Sequence record: PZ179884.1
DNA: 44,035 nt
Origin: a phage
Strand: one strand, 5' to 3'
Shown here: piece after piece, positions 1 to 8,295 of the stretch
Position numbering within the stretch: position 1 is the first letter of the stretch
Layout: every line of letters starts with the position of its first letter
Program-made: the position numbers and the translations under genes
The notes under the pieces: generated by a model
What the model saw: only the letters and a program-made list of their open reading frames with translations
The model's database searches: none
What the model was told of the DNA's origin: nothing

Positions 1-127
1 ATGGGCTTTTTCAAAGTAACTGATGTACCGTCACGTCGCGTAGTCCAGTACGCCCGCGTGTCTGGCTCCGGTGAGAACGTGGTATTTATCGAGGATGAAA
101 GTGTACTCGGCACGCCAGTAGACGATA
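1..127. repeat. Direct repeat identical to 43909-44035 (window wraps a circularly permuted / terminally redundant genome)
   Basis: 127-nt identity between window start and window end by direct reading. Confidence 0.9.
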
Positions 128-459
128 TGCCGTTTGCTGATAAAACCGGTATTGCGCTGCCAGCGGCTGGTATGCTTTATGAAATTCCGTATCTGGCGGA
201 CGCGGGCGACGTGTATTTCTCTGCGCAACCGCAGGATGCTGAACTGGCAGACGGAAGCGCAACTATCACCGTCGAAGTTAAGGCGGGCAAAGCACCATAT
301 ACACTGACATGGTACAAAGACGGTAAGGAAGTGGTAAACGCACCGGAAGAGGCTTTGTCTCTGACGGTTAATGCGGCGGGCGAATACTTCGTTAAAGTCA
401 CCGATGCCGATGGTGTAGAGGCCATCAGTAAAGCGGCGAAGGTCACTAAGCCTGAATGA
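1..459 (+). CDS. Ig-like domain head-associated protein (152 aa); 5' end duplicated at 43909-44035
   Basis: ORF track; I-set-like Ig signature TLTWYKDGKEV...GEYFVKVTDADG; directly downstream of head morphogenesis gene; followed by hairpin terminator. Confidence 0.6.
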   Translation: MGFFKVTDVPSRRVVQYARVSGSGENVVFIEDESVLGTPVDDMPFADKTGIALPAAGMLYEIPYLADAGDVYFSAQPQDAELADGSATITVEVKAGKAPYTLTWYKDGKEVVNAPEEALSLTVNAAGEYFVKVTDADGVEAISKAAKVTKPE

Positions 460-462
460 GAA

Positions 463-493
463 AAGGCCCCATAATGGGGCCTTAGTTTTATTT
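463..493. terminator. Bidirectional rho-independent terminator between convergent genes
   Basis: Stem AAGGCCCC / GGGGCCTT with 5-nt loop, T-run on plus strand and A-run upstream (T-run on minus strand). Confidence 0.7.
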
Positions 494-1009
494 AACTCTC
501 GCCGGCATTAACACCATAAATGCCGTGCTTGAAAATGATATTTTGCATCCTCTGGTTTGGTCCTGGAAATCGAAACGGGCAATTTCATTTTTGTATGCCT
601 TAGAAATCTTGTGCGCGTCTGCCAAATAACGCAGAGTGAACCCTATGCTATCAACTGAACCAGGTGTAATGCGCGCCACGCGTCGCCAGTCAGGAAATCT
701 CCCATCTACAACATCAATCGGAAGTGTGCATATAAGCGCACTACTATCGTCATAGAAAGAAACACTACCGTTGTCGTGGTCTACCTCCGCGTAGTTAAAT
801 TTAGAGGGCTCCCTACCTTTGATGTCTATTAGAACTCCCGTTTCGACGTTTGTTTTCACATTGTCGCAGAACAATCTATGCCCATCCGTAGACACTATCA
901 ATCCTTCAGGGTCTATGTAAAAAGCGTTCAAATAGTAGCGCACATCATTTTTCGCCCTGCAGATTTTCGCCCCTACATACGCAGGGAAAGTAATTACTGT
1001 AGTAACCAT
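488..1009 (-). CDS. Truncated beta sliding clamp (DnaN) homolog: domain II plus a shortened C-terminal segment (173 aa)
   Basis: Motifs DVRYYLN, TDGHRL, VDGRFPDWRRV and C-terminal MPARV match E. coli DnaN DVRYYLNG, ATDGHRLA, VDGRFPDYRRV, MPMRL as recalled from memory; RBS GAGGAG 7 nt upstream of ATG. Confidence 0.6.
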   Translation of the reverse strand: MVTTVITFPAYVGAKICRAKNDVRYYLNAFYIDPEGLIVSTDGHRLFCDNVKTNVETGVLIDIKGREPSKFNYAEVDHDNGSVSFYDDSSALICTLPIDVVDGRFPDWRRVARITPGSVDSIGFTLRYLADAHKISKAYKNEIARFDFQDQTRGCKISFSSTAFMVLMPARVK

Positions 1010-1037
1010 TTTTCATCTCCTCGTTTCGATGTAATGA

Positions 1038-1066
1038 ATAGTACCCTATTATGTTGGTGTCTGCAA
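1038..1066 (-). promoter_or_regulatory. Class B promoter (minus strand: TTGCAG -17- TACTAT) driving the DnaN-like gene
   Basis: -35/-10 hexamers with 17-nt spacer; spacer and flank share ATAATAGGGTACTATTCA with four other loci. Confidence 0.55.
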
Positions 1067-1340
1067 ACTATTTATTTACCTATTCCAGTTATTCCACTCA
1101 ATTGTAAATGTTGGAATAAACTATTCGAATAGTTGACTTTTCACTGAAAATATGCTAAGCTCCACCTGAGCTTGTGAAGTATGAACAAGCGACCGCGGCG
1201 CGGGCAGGTAACGGAGCGGGACGTAAGTCCTGAGTGTAGTTACGCTGACGCGTTCGGAAGGGCCATACTCTATTGCTTGTGTAAAAAGTAACTGGTTTAC
1301 TGAGATTACGCCGTTTCTATGTTTAAATGATAAGGACTAG

Positions 1341-1368
1341 CGCCCCGCTTTAAGGCGGGGCTTTACTT
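1341..1368 (+). terminator. Terminator-like hairpin in the leader upstream of the spanin genes
   Basis: Stem GCCCCGC / GCGGGGC, 6-nt loop, followed by TTTACTT; lies just before the RBS of the 1386 gene, so may act as an attenuator. Confidence 0.4.
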
Positions 1369-1385
1369 ATCGAGAAAGGAGAAAC

Positions 1386-1772
1386 ATGAATCTTAAAGCA
1401 ACTGTCGTAGCAGGAGCATGTTTCATCATCCTGGCCTACGCACACGGCATCTACCAGTATCGCAGCGGATGGAACGAAGGCCGGGCGAATCTCGTTTCGC
1501 AGCAACAGCAGAAAGCACAGGCTGAGTTAGCGAAGAAAACACAACGGCAGCAGCAGGACGAATCAAAGGCCGCAGCCGCTGACAACGAAGGCAAGACGAA
1601 ATCAGAGGTGATTAACCGTGAAGTCGTTAAGTACATTAAAACGCCTGGCCGCAGCGTGTACACTTTTGACCCTGAGCGCGTGCAGCTCAAGTCCCGCGCC
1701 GTCGCAAACGCCAATTCCATCCCCGGATACGACGATGATGCAGCCGCCGTGCAAACTGGCGCTGCCAAGTAG
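1386..1772 (+). CDS. Rz-like i-spanin (128 aa)
   Basis: N-terminal TM helix, then Gln/charge-rich predicted coiled coil; a lipoprotein ORF is embedded in the +1 frame. Confidence 0.55.
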   Translation: MNLKATVVAGACFIILAYAHGIYQYRSGWNEGRANLVSQQQQKAQAELAKKTQRQQQDESKAAAADNEGKTKSEVINREVVKYIKTPGRSVYTFDPERVQLKSRAVANANSIPGYDDDAAAVQTGAAK

Positions 1773-1881
1773 CGACGCGGACGAGGATTTAGCTATCGAC
1801 GTTCAGAACGCAGAATGTGTACGGCAACTGAGGCTGAAAGTGTTCATGTTGCAGGATTACGTGAGGAATATTCTGGAATAG
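1618..1881 (+). CDS. Rz1-like o-spanin lipoprotein (87 aa), overlapping and extending beyond the i-spanin gene
   Basis: Lipobox LTLSAC at the end of a signal peptide; proline-rich mature region; +1 frame relative to 1386-1772. Confidence 0.5.
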   Translation: MKSLSTLKRLAAACTLLTLSACSSSPAPSQTPIPSPDTTMMQPPCKLALPSSDADEDLAIDVQNAECVRQLRLKVFMLQDYVRNILE

Positions 1882-1963
1882 TTGCCTTGCATGTTGGAAT
1901 AATTTATTCTTGACATGTAAATCCGGGTGGCCCGGATTCCAACGTCCAGGGGACATACTGACT

Positions 1964-2665
1964 ATGAATCGTTTTTTACGTTATCCGTTCCAGGAAGAAG
2001 CTGGAGCAGAAGATAAAGCTGGTGGCGGTGACGCTCCTAAAATGTTCACCGCTGAAGAAGTTCAGGCGCTGATTGAGAAAGAAGTTGCCGGGCTTAAGGC
2101 TAATCAGGAAGCATTGTTGGCGGAGAAGAAAGAAGCCGCTCGCAAAGCAAAAGAGGCCGAAGAAGAACGGCAGCGCGCGCACCAGGAGGCGTTAAAAGCC
2201 GCTGGTAAGATGGATGAGTTCGAAAAGACGATTCGTAGCCAGTACGACCCTGTGTTAGCCGAGAAAGACGGTCGCATCTCCAGAATGGCAGAGCGTATCC
2301 TCGGCAGCGAACGTAAAGCGGTGCTAGGCTCTTTCGCGGGTGACTTTATTACCCCAGAAGCAGTGGACATTCTTGCGCCGTTCGTTAAGACTGAGTTCGA
2401 AGGCGATGATGTGGTTACTAAGTTTGTTGGTGCAGACGGTAACGTAATCACGACTGACCCGGAACAGTTCCGCAAATACCTGCGCGAACACAAGGCGTTT
2501 TCGCATTTGATCAAAGCAAATGCAGCTTCCGGCGGCGGGGCTTCCGGTAGCAAAGGCGGCGGGGCCGCACCAGCGTTTAAAGACATGAGTGAAGCAGAGC
2601 GTTTAGCCCTGTATAAATCGAACCCTGCCGAATTTGAACGGCAACTTAAAGCCCTGAGGAAATAA
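1964..2665 (+). CDS. Scaffolding protein
   Basis: ATG at 1964 in frame with track ORF 1910-2665 (TTG start); Ala/Glu/Lys-rich helical protein immediately upstream of major capsid gene. Confidence 0.55.
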   Translation: MNRFLRYPFQEEAGAEDKAGGGDAPKMFTAEEVQALIEKEVAGLKANQEALLAEKKEAARKAKEAEEERQRAHQEALKAAGKMDEFEKTIRSQYDPVLAEKDGRISRMAERILGSERKAVLGSFAGDFITPEAVDILAPFVKTEFEGDDVVTKFVGADGNVITTDPEQFRKYLREHKAFSHLIKANAASGGGASGSKGGGAAPAFKDMSEAERLALYKSNPAEFERQLKALRK

Positions 2666-2667
2666 TA

Positions 2668-3717
2668 ATGGCAATTACCACTATCGGCGATATCGTAACT
2701 GGCAACATCCCGGTCCTGGCGTCTTATATGACCGAGGACCCGGTAGAAAAAACCGCGTTCTTCCAGTCTGGTATTCTGACCCCGACCCCGTACGCTGCCG
2801 AGATTGCCCGCGGCCCGTCCAACGTCGCTAATATTCCTTTCTGGAAAGCGATTGATACCTCTATCGAGCCGAACTACTCGAACGACGTATACCAGGACAT
2901 CGCCACCCCGCGTAACGTGCAGACCGGCGAGATGATGGCGCGCGTTGCGTACCTGAACGAAGGTTTCGGTCAGGCGGATTTGACCGTTGAACTGACCAGC
3001 CAGAACCCGCTGCAATCCGTAGCGTCACGTCTGGATAACTTCTGGCAGCGTCAGGCACAACGCCGTCTGATTGCTACCGCGCTCGGGCTGTACAATGACA
3101 ACGTAGCCGCTACCGACGCATACCACGAGCAGAATGACATGGTAATCGACGTGTCTGCTACTCTGGGCTTCGATGCGGGCGCGTTCATCGACGCTACCCA
3201 GACTATGGGCGATGCTCTGATGGGCAACGGCGGTGAAGTGCTGGGGGCTATCGCGATGCATAGCTTCGTTTATGCGCAGGCACGTAAGCAGCAGCTTATC
3301 GACTTCATCCGTGACGCGGACAACAACACCATGTTCGCCACCTACCAGGGCTACCGCGTGATTGTTGACGACAGCATGACCGTAGTCGGCACTGGCCCGA
3401 CCCGTAAGTTCATCTCCATCATCTTCGGCAACGGCGCTATCGGTTACGGTGAAGGTTCTCCGTCCAACCCGCTGGAATACGAGCGCGAAGCGTCCCGCGG
3501 CAACGGCGGCGGCGTTGAAACCCTGTGGACCCGTAAGACCTGGTTGCTACATCCGTTTGGCTACAGCTTCACCAGCGCGGTAATCACCGGCAACGGCACC
3601 GAGACTGTAGCCCGCTCTGCTTCCTGGCAGGACCTGGCGAATGCCTCCAACTGGAACCGTGTTGTCGACCGTAAGCATGTGCCTATTGCCTTCCTGGTAA
3701 CTGGTGTAGGGTCTTAA
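2668..3717 (+). CDS. Major capsid protein (349 aa)
   Basis: ORF track; position after scaffold; size and composition typical of HK97-fold capsid; strong terminator follows. Confidence 0.7.
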   Translation: MAITTIGDIVTGNIPVLASYMTEDPVEKTAFFQSGILTPTPYAAEIARGPSNVANIPFWKAIDTSIEPNYSNDVYQDIATPRNVQTGEMMARVAYLNEGFGQADLTVELTSQNPLQSVASRLDNFWQRQAQRRLIATALGLYNDNVAATDAYHEQNDMVIDVSATLGFDAGAFIDATQTMGDALMGNGGEVLGAIAMHSFVYAQARKQQLIDFIRDADNNTMFATYQGYRVIVDDSMTVVGTGPTRKFISIIFGNGAIGYGEGSPSNPLEYEREASRGNGGGVETLWTRKTWLLHPFGYSFTSAVITGNGTETVARSASWQDLANASNWNRVVDRKHVPIAFLVTGVGS

Positions 3718-3734
3718 GGTTAAGCTATAATCGA

Positions 3735-3761
3735 GAGGGACTTCGGTCCCTCTTTTCATTT
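3735..3761 (+). terminator. Rho-independent terminator after major capsid gene
   Basis: Stem GAGGGAC / GTCCCTC, loop TTCG, followed by TTTTCATTT. Confidence 0.7.
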
Positions 3762-3778
3762 ACTAAGAGGATTCCTAA

Positions 3779-4120
3779 ATGGCAGACGTATTGAAGCGAC
3801 GCATCACCGGCGTCTCCGCTGACGCCCCGGGCGCTAAGATCGACATGGCGACTATTTCACCTGCGTCTTTCTCTTCCGCGCTGGCGGCTACTACCGCAGT
3901 GACCATAGGTGAAACTATGACGCTGACCGTAACGGTAGCCGGCGGTCTGGAGCCATATTCTTATCAGTGGTACAAGAACAATAACGCTATCGCCGGGGCT
4001 ACCGCGGCTACCTATGCTAAAGCGTCAACCACTACCGCCGATTCTGGTACGTATAAAGTGGTTGTTCACGATGTGTATGGTAATATTATCTCCAGCAGCA
4101 CCGTAGCAACTGTGTCTTAA
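3779..4120 (+). CDS. Ig-like domain protein, likely capsid decoration (113 aa)
   Basis: Ig signature SYQWYKNN...GTYKVVVHD, paralogous to the C-terminus of the 1-459 product. Confidence 0.55.
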   Translation: MADVLKRRITGVSADAPGAKIDMATISPASFSSALAATTAVTIGETMTLTVTVAGGLEPYSYQWYKNNNAIAGATAATYAKASTTTADSGTYKVVVHDVYGNIISSSTVATVS

Positions 4121-4156
4121 TACAACGGCCCTTCGGGGCCGTAATAAGGAAAGGTC

Positions 4157-4336
4157 ATGGCAGATAATTACGTAATCCGCGAAAAGTATACCCACGTTGA
4201 TATCGTTGACGGACAGGTGATGCCTGTTCGCGGTGTGGTAGAAGCGGATGAACTGGTTGCAACCCAACCAGACAATGAAGAAGCGCACAACAACGGCGGT
4301 GGTGCCAAGCGTCGTCGCCGTAAGTCAGAGGAATAA
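4157..4336 (+). CDS. Small basic protein (59 aa), not in ORF track
   Basis: ATG with AAGGAAAGG RBS; C-terminal GGGAKRRRRK; fills gap between flanking genes. Confidence 0.4.
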   Translation: MADNYVIREKYTHVDIVDGQVMPVRGVVEADELVATQPDNEEAHNNGGGAKRRRRKSEE

Positions 4337-4339
4337 TTT

Positions 4340-4852
4340 ATGCCGCTAATCGTGGAAACGGGGGCAATCGTCCCGAATGCTGATTCGTACATCTCACTAG
4401 CGGACGCCCGCGCGTTAGCGGCTAATTATGGCCTTGAACTACCGGCAGACGATACCGCTGCAGAGGTGGCCTTGCGCAACGGTGCTACTTATGTCGGGCT
4501 TGCAGAACCGCAGATGTGCGGTCGTCGTGTATCCGCTGAACAGTCTCTGGCGTATCCTCGCACTGGTGTAACATTGAATGGTTTCCCCGTATCGAACAAC
4601 GTTATCCCGAAACAGGTAATTCTTGCGCAAGTAATCGCTGCGGCTACATACGGTGCTGGTACTGAGGTGAGGGCTAACTCTGACGGTCGTTCCGTGCAGA
4701 CAGAGCGCGTAGAGGGCGCGGTGACAGTGACCTACTTCAACAACGGCAGCAGTGGCGCTACAACCGCGATTACCGCTGCGGACGACGCCTTACGCCCGTT
4801 ACTGTGCGGTGGTCTTAACAATGGCTTCTCGTTTAACGTGTACCGGGGCTGA
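4340..4852 (+). CDS. Head-tail joining region structural protein (170 aa)
   Basis: ORF track; operon position between capsid and tail genes. Confidence 0.45.
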   Translation: MPLIVETGAIVPNADSYISLADARALAANYGLELPADDTAAEVALRNGATYVGLAEPQMCGRRVSAEQSLAYPRTGVTLNGFPVSNNVIPKQVILAQVIAAATYGAGTEVRANSDGRSVQTERVEGAVTVTYFNNGSSGATTAITAADDALRPLLCGGLNNGFSFNVYRG

Positions 4853-4854
4853 AA

Positions 4855-5469
4855 ATGGCGAAGACTAAAACAGAGATGTTTACCCTTATCGGCGCGAACC
4901 TCCCAGATAACACCGCCGGACTTATTACCCCCGCGAAGCTACGCGAGGTAATGACGCAGATGGCCGACTCGCCTATTTACGCCACTCCGGGTGTTAAAGA
5001 GGTTGAAGTTCTCCGCGCTGCGTCTACCGTAATACAAGCGCCAACAGCGACGGACACGGCGTTGCAGTTAACTTTTGGCTCCGCTAAGGGAAGTGCATCT
5101 GACCCGGTAATGATTAATGCCGCCGGGCTGGTTACGTTCAACGCCGCAGGCAACTACGCCGTTCGCATCAAGTTACAAGCTGGCCGCACAGGGGCCAGCG
5201 GTACATCTATCCTGCTATCACGTATTTTAGTAAACGGCGCTCAGTACGGCTCACCCGCCGCCACGAAACTGGTAAGCGCCGACATAACAATCCCGATTGA
5301 ATCCCGCGTCGTTATTAACCCTGCAGCAGGCCAGACGTTTGCCGTTCAGATTATGCGAGATAGCGCAGGGAGCAACTTCGGCGGTGTATATCCGCAAGCG
5401 GCTACAGTAACCTCATGGGGCACAGCGCCGTCAGCGTTATTGGTTATCCCGAGACTGGAGGCCGCGTAA
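4855..5469 (+). CDS. Head-tail joining region structural protein (204 aa)
   Basis: ORF track; tight coupling to flanking genes. Confidence 0.45.
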   Translation: MAKTKTEMFTLIGANLPDNTAGLITPAKLREVMTQMADSPIYATPGVKEVEVLRAASTVIQAPTATDTALQLTFGSAKGSASDPVMINAAGLVTFNAAGNYAVRIKLQAGRTGASGTSILLSRILVNGAQYGSPAATKLVSADITIPIESRVVINPAAGQTFAVQIMRDSAGSNFGGVYPQAATVTSWGTAPSALLVIPRLEAA

Positions 5470-5600
5470 TGCGTAAAATAATTAATATGTGGATTAATTC
5501 TGATTTTTTGTGGAAGTACGAATTTTTGGTATCAGTGTTTGCGCTGGTATCAACAACAGCTCTAATTATATTTTTAGCGGTTTGCGGGGAGTCAACATGA
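5469..5600 (+). CDS. Small hydrophobic peptide (43 aa), AT-rich insert
   Basis: ATG overlaps upstream stop (TAATG); single predicted TM helix; stop overlaps next ATG (ATGA); local AT-richness differs from neighbours. Confidence 0.35.
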   Translation: MRKIINMWINSDFLWKYEFLVSVFALVSTTALIIFLAVCGEST

Positions 5601-5956
5601 GCACCGCCTTCAGTAAACGTATGCAAGGCGTTGGTACGCGCCTGCTAACCAAATTCGGTAGCACGGTATCTCTAGTCCGCGCTGGCTCGAAAGTGTGGGA
5701 CGAAATTCTCGGTGAGTACGTCTGGTCCGCGGATGAAGTGCTGCCGTTGAAGGCCGTTCCGGTTCCGGTAAACGCAGGACTGGTAAACGGTACGACGATT
5801 CAGGCGGGCGACATGATTGTTAAAGCGGATTGCAGTGTCGTTCCGAAGATGGAAGACAAGGTGCAATTCGGCGGCGAGCAATGGTCTGTCGTGGTCATCG
5901 AGAAGAAGATGGTTAACGATGATGTTGTGGCCTACTTTATTCAGGTGAGAAAATGA
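5597..5956 (+). CDS. Head-tail joining / head closure protein (119 aa)
   Basis: ATG at 5597 in frame with track ORF 5510-5956. Confidence 0.45.
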   Translation: MSTAFSKRMQGVGTRLLTKFGSTVSLVRAGSKVWDEILGEYVWSADEVLPLKAVPVPVNAGLVNGTTIQAGDMIVKADCSVVPKMEDKVQFGGEQWSVVVIEKKMVNDDVVAYFIQVRK

Positions 5957-6453
5957 GTTTCGCGCTTGATGTCTCTAAGTTCGTGGAAAAGGCGAAGAAG
6001 AACCCTGAGAAGGTGATGCGTCAGGTGTCTATCAAGCTGTTTTCCGCTATCATAAAGGCGAGTCCGGTAGATACAGGCCGGTTCCGAATGAACTGGATGG
6101 CCTCTGGCAGTACCCCCGCTTCCGGTACAAGCCGCGGTACTGACCCTAGCGGGGCGAACGCAATAAGTGCCATGGTTTCTACCGTGTCTGGTTTACCCGA
6201 CTGGAGCGAGTTCACCCTGACAAATAATCTGCCGTATGCGGAAGTTATAGAGTTCGGGGGTTACGCTACCGGCTTCCATGGCCCTAAGCGTCCTTCTAAC
6301 TTAGGCTCTAAATTTGTTGGCCCATTGAGGCCGAAAGCGCCCAGCAGAACAACCACAGACGGATATTCCCTTCAGGCTCCGCAAGGTGTTGTCCGGGTTA
6401 ACGTTCAGCGATTCAATAAACTGCTCGAAGAAGAAGCGAGGAAGTATAAATAA
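5953..6453 (+). CDS. HK97 gp10-like neck / tail completion protein
   Basis: Motif VDTGRFRMNW resembles the DTGxLR signature of the HK97 gp10 family (recalled). Confidence 0.5.
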   Translation: MSFALDVSKFVEKAKKNPEKVMRQVSIKLFSAIIKASPVDTGRFRMNWMASGSTPASGTSRGTDPSGANAISAMVSTVSGLPDWSEFTLTNNLPYAEVIEFGGYATGFHGPKRPSNLGSKFVGPLRPKAPSRTTTDGYSLQAPQGVVRVNVQRFNKLLEEEARKYK

Positions 6454-6866
6454 TGGGCTACTTTGAGGACTTAACAAAAGCGTTCGATGTTCCGCTGGTA
6501 GCCTTCGGAACCGCCAACGGCATCAAGGTTGCGCTTGAAAACATCGACGCGCCGACGTCAACCGATACGCCGTATCTGGCGAGTTACATGCTACTGGCAG
6601 ATACCGAGCAGGCGGATTTGTTCTTCACTGAGCAACGCTCTGGTATTTATCAGGTAGACATTAACTACGCATCGGTGAAAGGTAGCGCGCCAATCAATAA
6701 AATGGCAGACTTACTTAACACGGCGTTTAAAGCAGGTAAGTCATTTTCGCGTAACGACATCTGCGCCGAGGTTCAATCGGTTAGCCTGGGGCCGCTGATT
6801 GTAGAAAACGGATGGGCCAAACGGCCATTGTCAATTAACTTTATAGCATTCACCAAGAGGCTGTGA
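6453..6866 (+). CDS. Tail component, possibly tail terminator (137 aa)
   Basis: ORF track; position immediately before major tail protein. Confidence 0.4.
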   Translation: MGYFEDLTKAFDVPLVAFGTANGIKVALENIDAPTSTDTPYLASYMLLADTEQADLFFTEQRSGIYQVDINYASVKGSAPINKMADLLNTAFKAGKSFSRNDICAEVQSVSLGPLIVENGWAKRPLSINFIAFTKRL

Positions 6867-6868
6867 AT

Positions 6869-8035
6869 ATGGCTACAACTCCTTTTAAGGGCGCGAATAC
6901 CGCGCAATTCTATGTGGCGGAAGTGACCCCGGGTGTAACACCGACTAACCCGGTCTGGTCACCATTACGTAACACGGGCGGTGTTCCTGCCATTACCCGT
7001 GACACACTGACCTCCAACGAACTCGACGGCAGCCGTGAAACTACATCCATCCGCACCGGTAACAAACAGGTTAGCGGTGAATACGCAATTGAGCTTAGCT
7101 CTAAAAGCCAGGATGACTGGTTGGCAGGTGCTTTAGGCTCTACGTGGCAATCCGGTGTTTCTCTGCCAGGGCTATCGATCACCGTCGCGCCCGCGGGCAA
7201 GACGTTCACACGCGCTACCGGCAGTTTTATCACTGACGGAGTTGGGGTAGGCGACCTGATTGCGTTTACCGACTTAACAGGCGATAACGCAAAACCATTT
7301 ATTGTTACCGCAGTAACGGCTACCGTTGTTACTGGTGCAGGCATCCAACACACCCTGACCACCGAGACAAAAACTAGTAAGGCTAAAACTGGCGACACGC
7401 TGGAAACCGGTAACACATGTAAGACGTTCTCTATTCTCACCTGGTACAAAGGACAGTGCGGCGGGACTGACGCATACACACTAACCAAAGGTGTGGAAGT
7501 TTCCGGTTTCACCGTTGAGCAGGCCGTTAACGCGATGGTTACAGGTAGCTTCCCGTTCATCGGGCGCAGCCAGGAGATTCTTACTACGCCGCCGTCTGGT
7601 TCCAACTTCTCCTCTGTCACGTTTGGTGATGAGCCATTCTCCTCGGTTGACGTTTCTGTGTTTGACGGCTATACGCCGTTGCGTTGCGACAGCCTGACCA
7701 TCACCAACGACAACAGCGCATCCGCGCAGTTCGAACTCGGCAACACTAACGTAGCGTTTGTAGAACGTAGCCGCGCGGCTAACACCTTCTCCATCTCCGG
7801 CAAGCTGTATGACATGGCGATGATTCAGAAGTTTATCAACGAGCAGCAGGTAGAGATTAACTCTATTCTGGCGGGGGTAAACGGGGCTATGTCTTTCAGT
7901 TTGAAACGTGCGGAGCTTACGGCAGTTACCCCAGAGATTGGCGGACCTGAGTCAATCACTCAGTCCATTGAAGGCCAGGCTACTGGCAACCAGTACCAGT
8001 CGTCTATTGTTATTCAGCGTATCACCTACGCATAA
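6869..8035 (+). CDS. Major tail protein
   Basis: ATG at 6869 with AAGAGG RBS (track start 6863 is GTG); Thr/Ser/Gly-rich 389 aa protein ahead of the tail module; strong terminator follows. Confidence 0.55.
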   Translation: MATTPFKGANTAQFYVAEVTPGVTPTNPVWSPLRNTGGVPAITRDTLTSNELDGSRETTSIRTGNKQVSGEYAIELSSKSQDDWLAGALGSTWQSGVSLPGLSITVAPAGKTFTRATGSFITDGVGVGDLIAFTDLTGDNAKPFIVTAVTATVVTGAGIQHTLTTETKTSKAKTGDTLETGNTCKTFSILTWYKGQCGGTDAYTLTKGVEVSGFTVEQAVNAMVTGSFPFIGRSQEILTTPPSGSNFSSVTFGDEPFSSVDVSVFDGYTPLRCDSLTITNDNSASAQFELGNTNVAFVERSRAANTFSISGKLYDMAMIQKFINEQQVEINSILAGVNGAMSFSLKRAELTAVTPEIGGPESITQSIEGQATGNQYQSSIVIQRITYA

Positions 8036-8040
8036 AACTA

Positions 8041-8063
8041 AGGCCCCGAAAGGGGCCTTTTTT
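8041..8063. terminator. Bidirectional rho-independent terminator
   Basis: Stem AGGCCCC / GGGGCCT with GAAA loop and T6 run; A-run on the other side. Confidence 0.75.
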
Positions 8064-8064
8064 A

Positions 8065-8295
8065 TTACTCATCAATGTTACTCCTGTACTCCCGTAACTT
8101 TTCCAGACTTTCAATTGCTTCCGCTAAGTCGGTTCCGGTGTCCTTGTGTCCACGTAAACCCATGCACAATAGCTTCTTCAATGCGTGCTGTAACGCCGGG
8201 TCGCGGATGTCGAAAGCGCGGAGCACATCATAAACGTCTACTGTCATAGTGCTGCCGTGAGTATTTGTCATTGTGCGGTTGTATTTTGAAGTCAT
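8065..8295 (-). CDS. Hypothetical protein (76 aa), last gene of antisense island
   Basis: ORF track; start overlaps stop of upstream gene. Confidence 0.45.
   Translation of the reverse strand: MTSKYNRTMTNTHGSTMTVDVYDVLRAFDIRDPALQHALKKLLCMGLRGHKDTGTDLAEAIESLEKLREYRSNIDE

Noticed and set aside
1190-1270. Possible tRNA or structured RNA in the GC-rich leader segment
   Set aside because: No T-loop (GTTCGAATC-like) or cloverleaf with anticodon arm could be drawn; kept only as part of the leader finding.
2104-3015. 303-aa ORF on the minus strand opposite scaffold and capsid genes
   Set aside because: Antisense shadow ORF in GC-rich coding region; no RBS; the plus-strand genes are strongly supported.
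4126-4141. Hairpin CGGCCC-TTCG-GGGCCG after the Ig-like decoration gene as a terminator
   Set aside because: Stable stem but no downstream T-tract; more likely an RNA stability element or weak pause site.
6910-7620. 236-aa minus-strand ORF inside the major tail protein gene
   Set aside because: Antisense shadow ORF; Ser/Pro/Val-rich low-complexity translation typical of a reverse frame.
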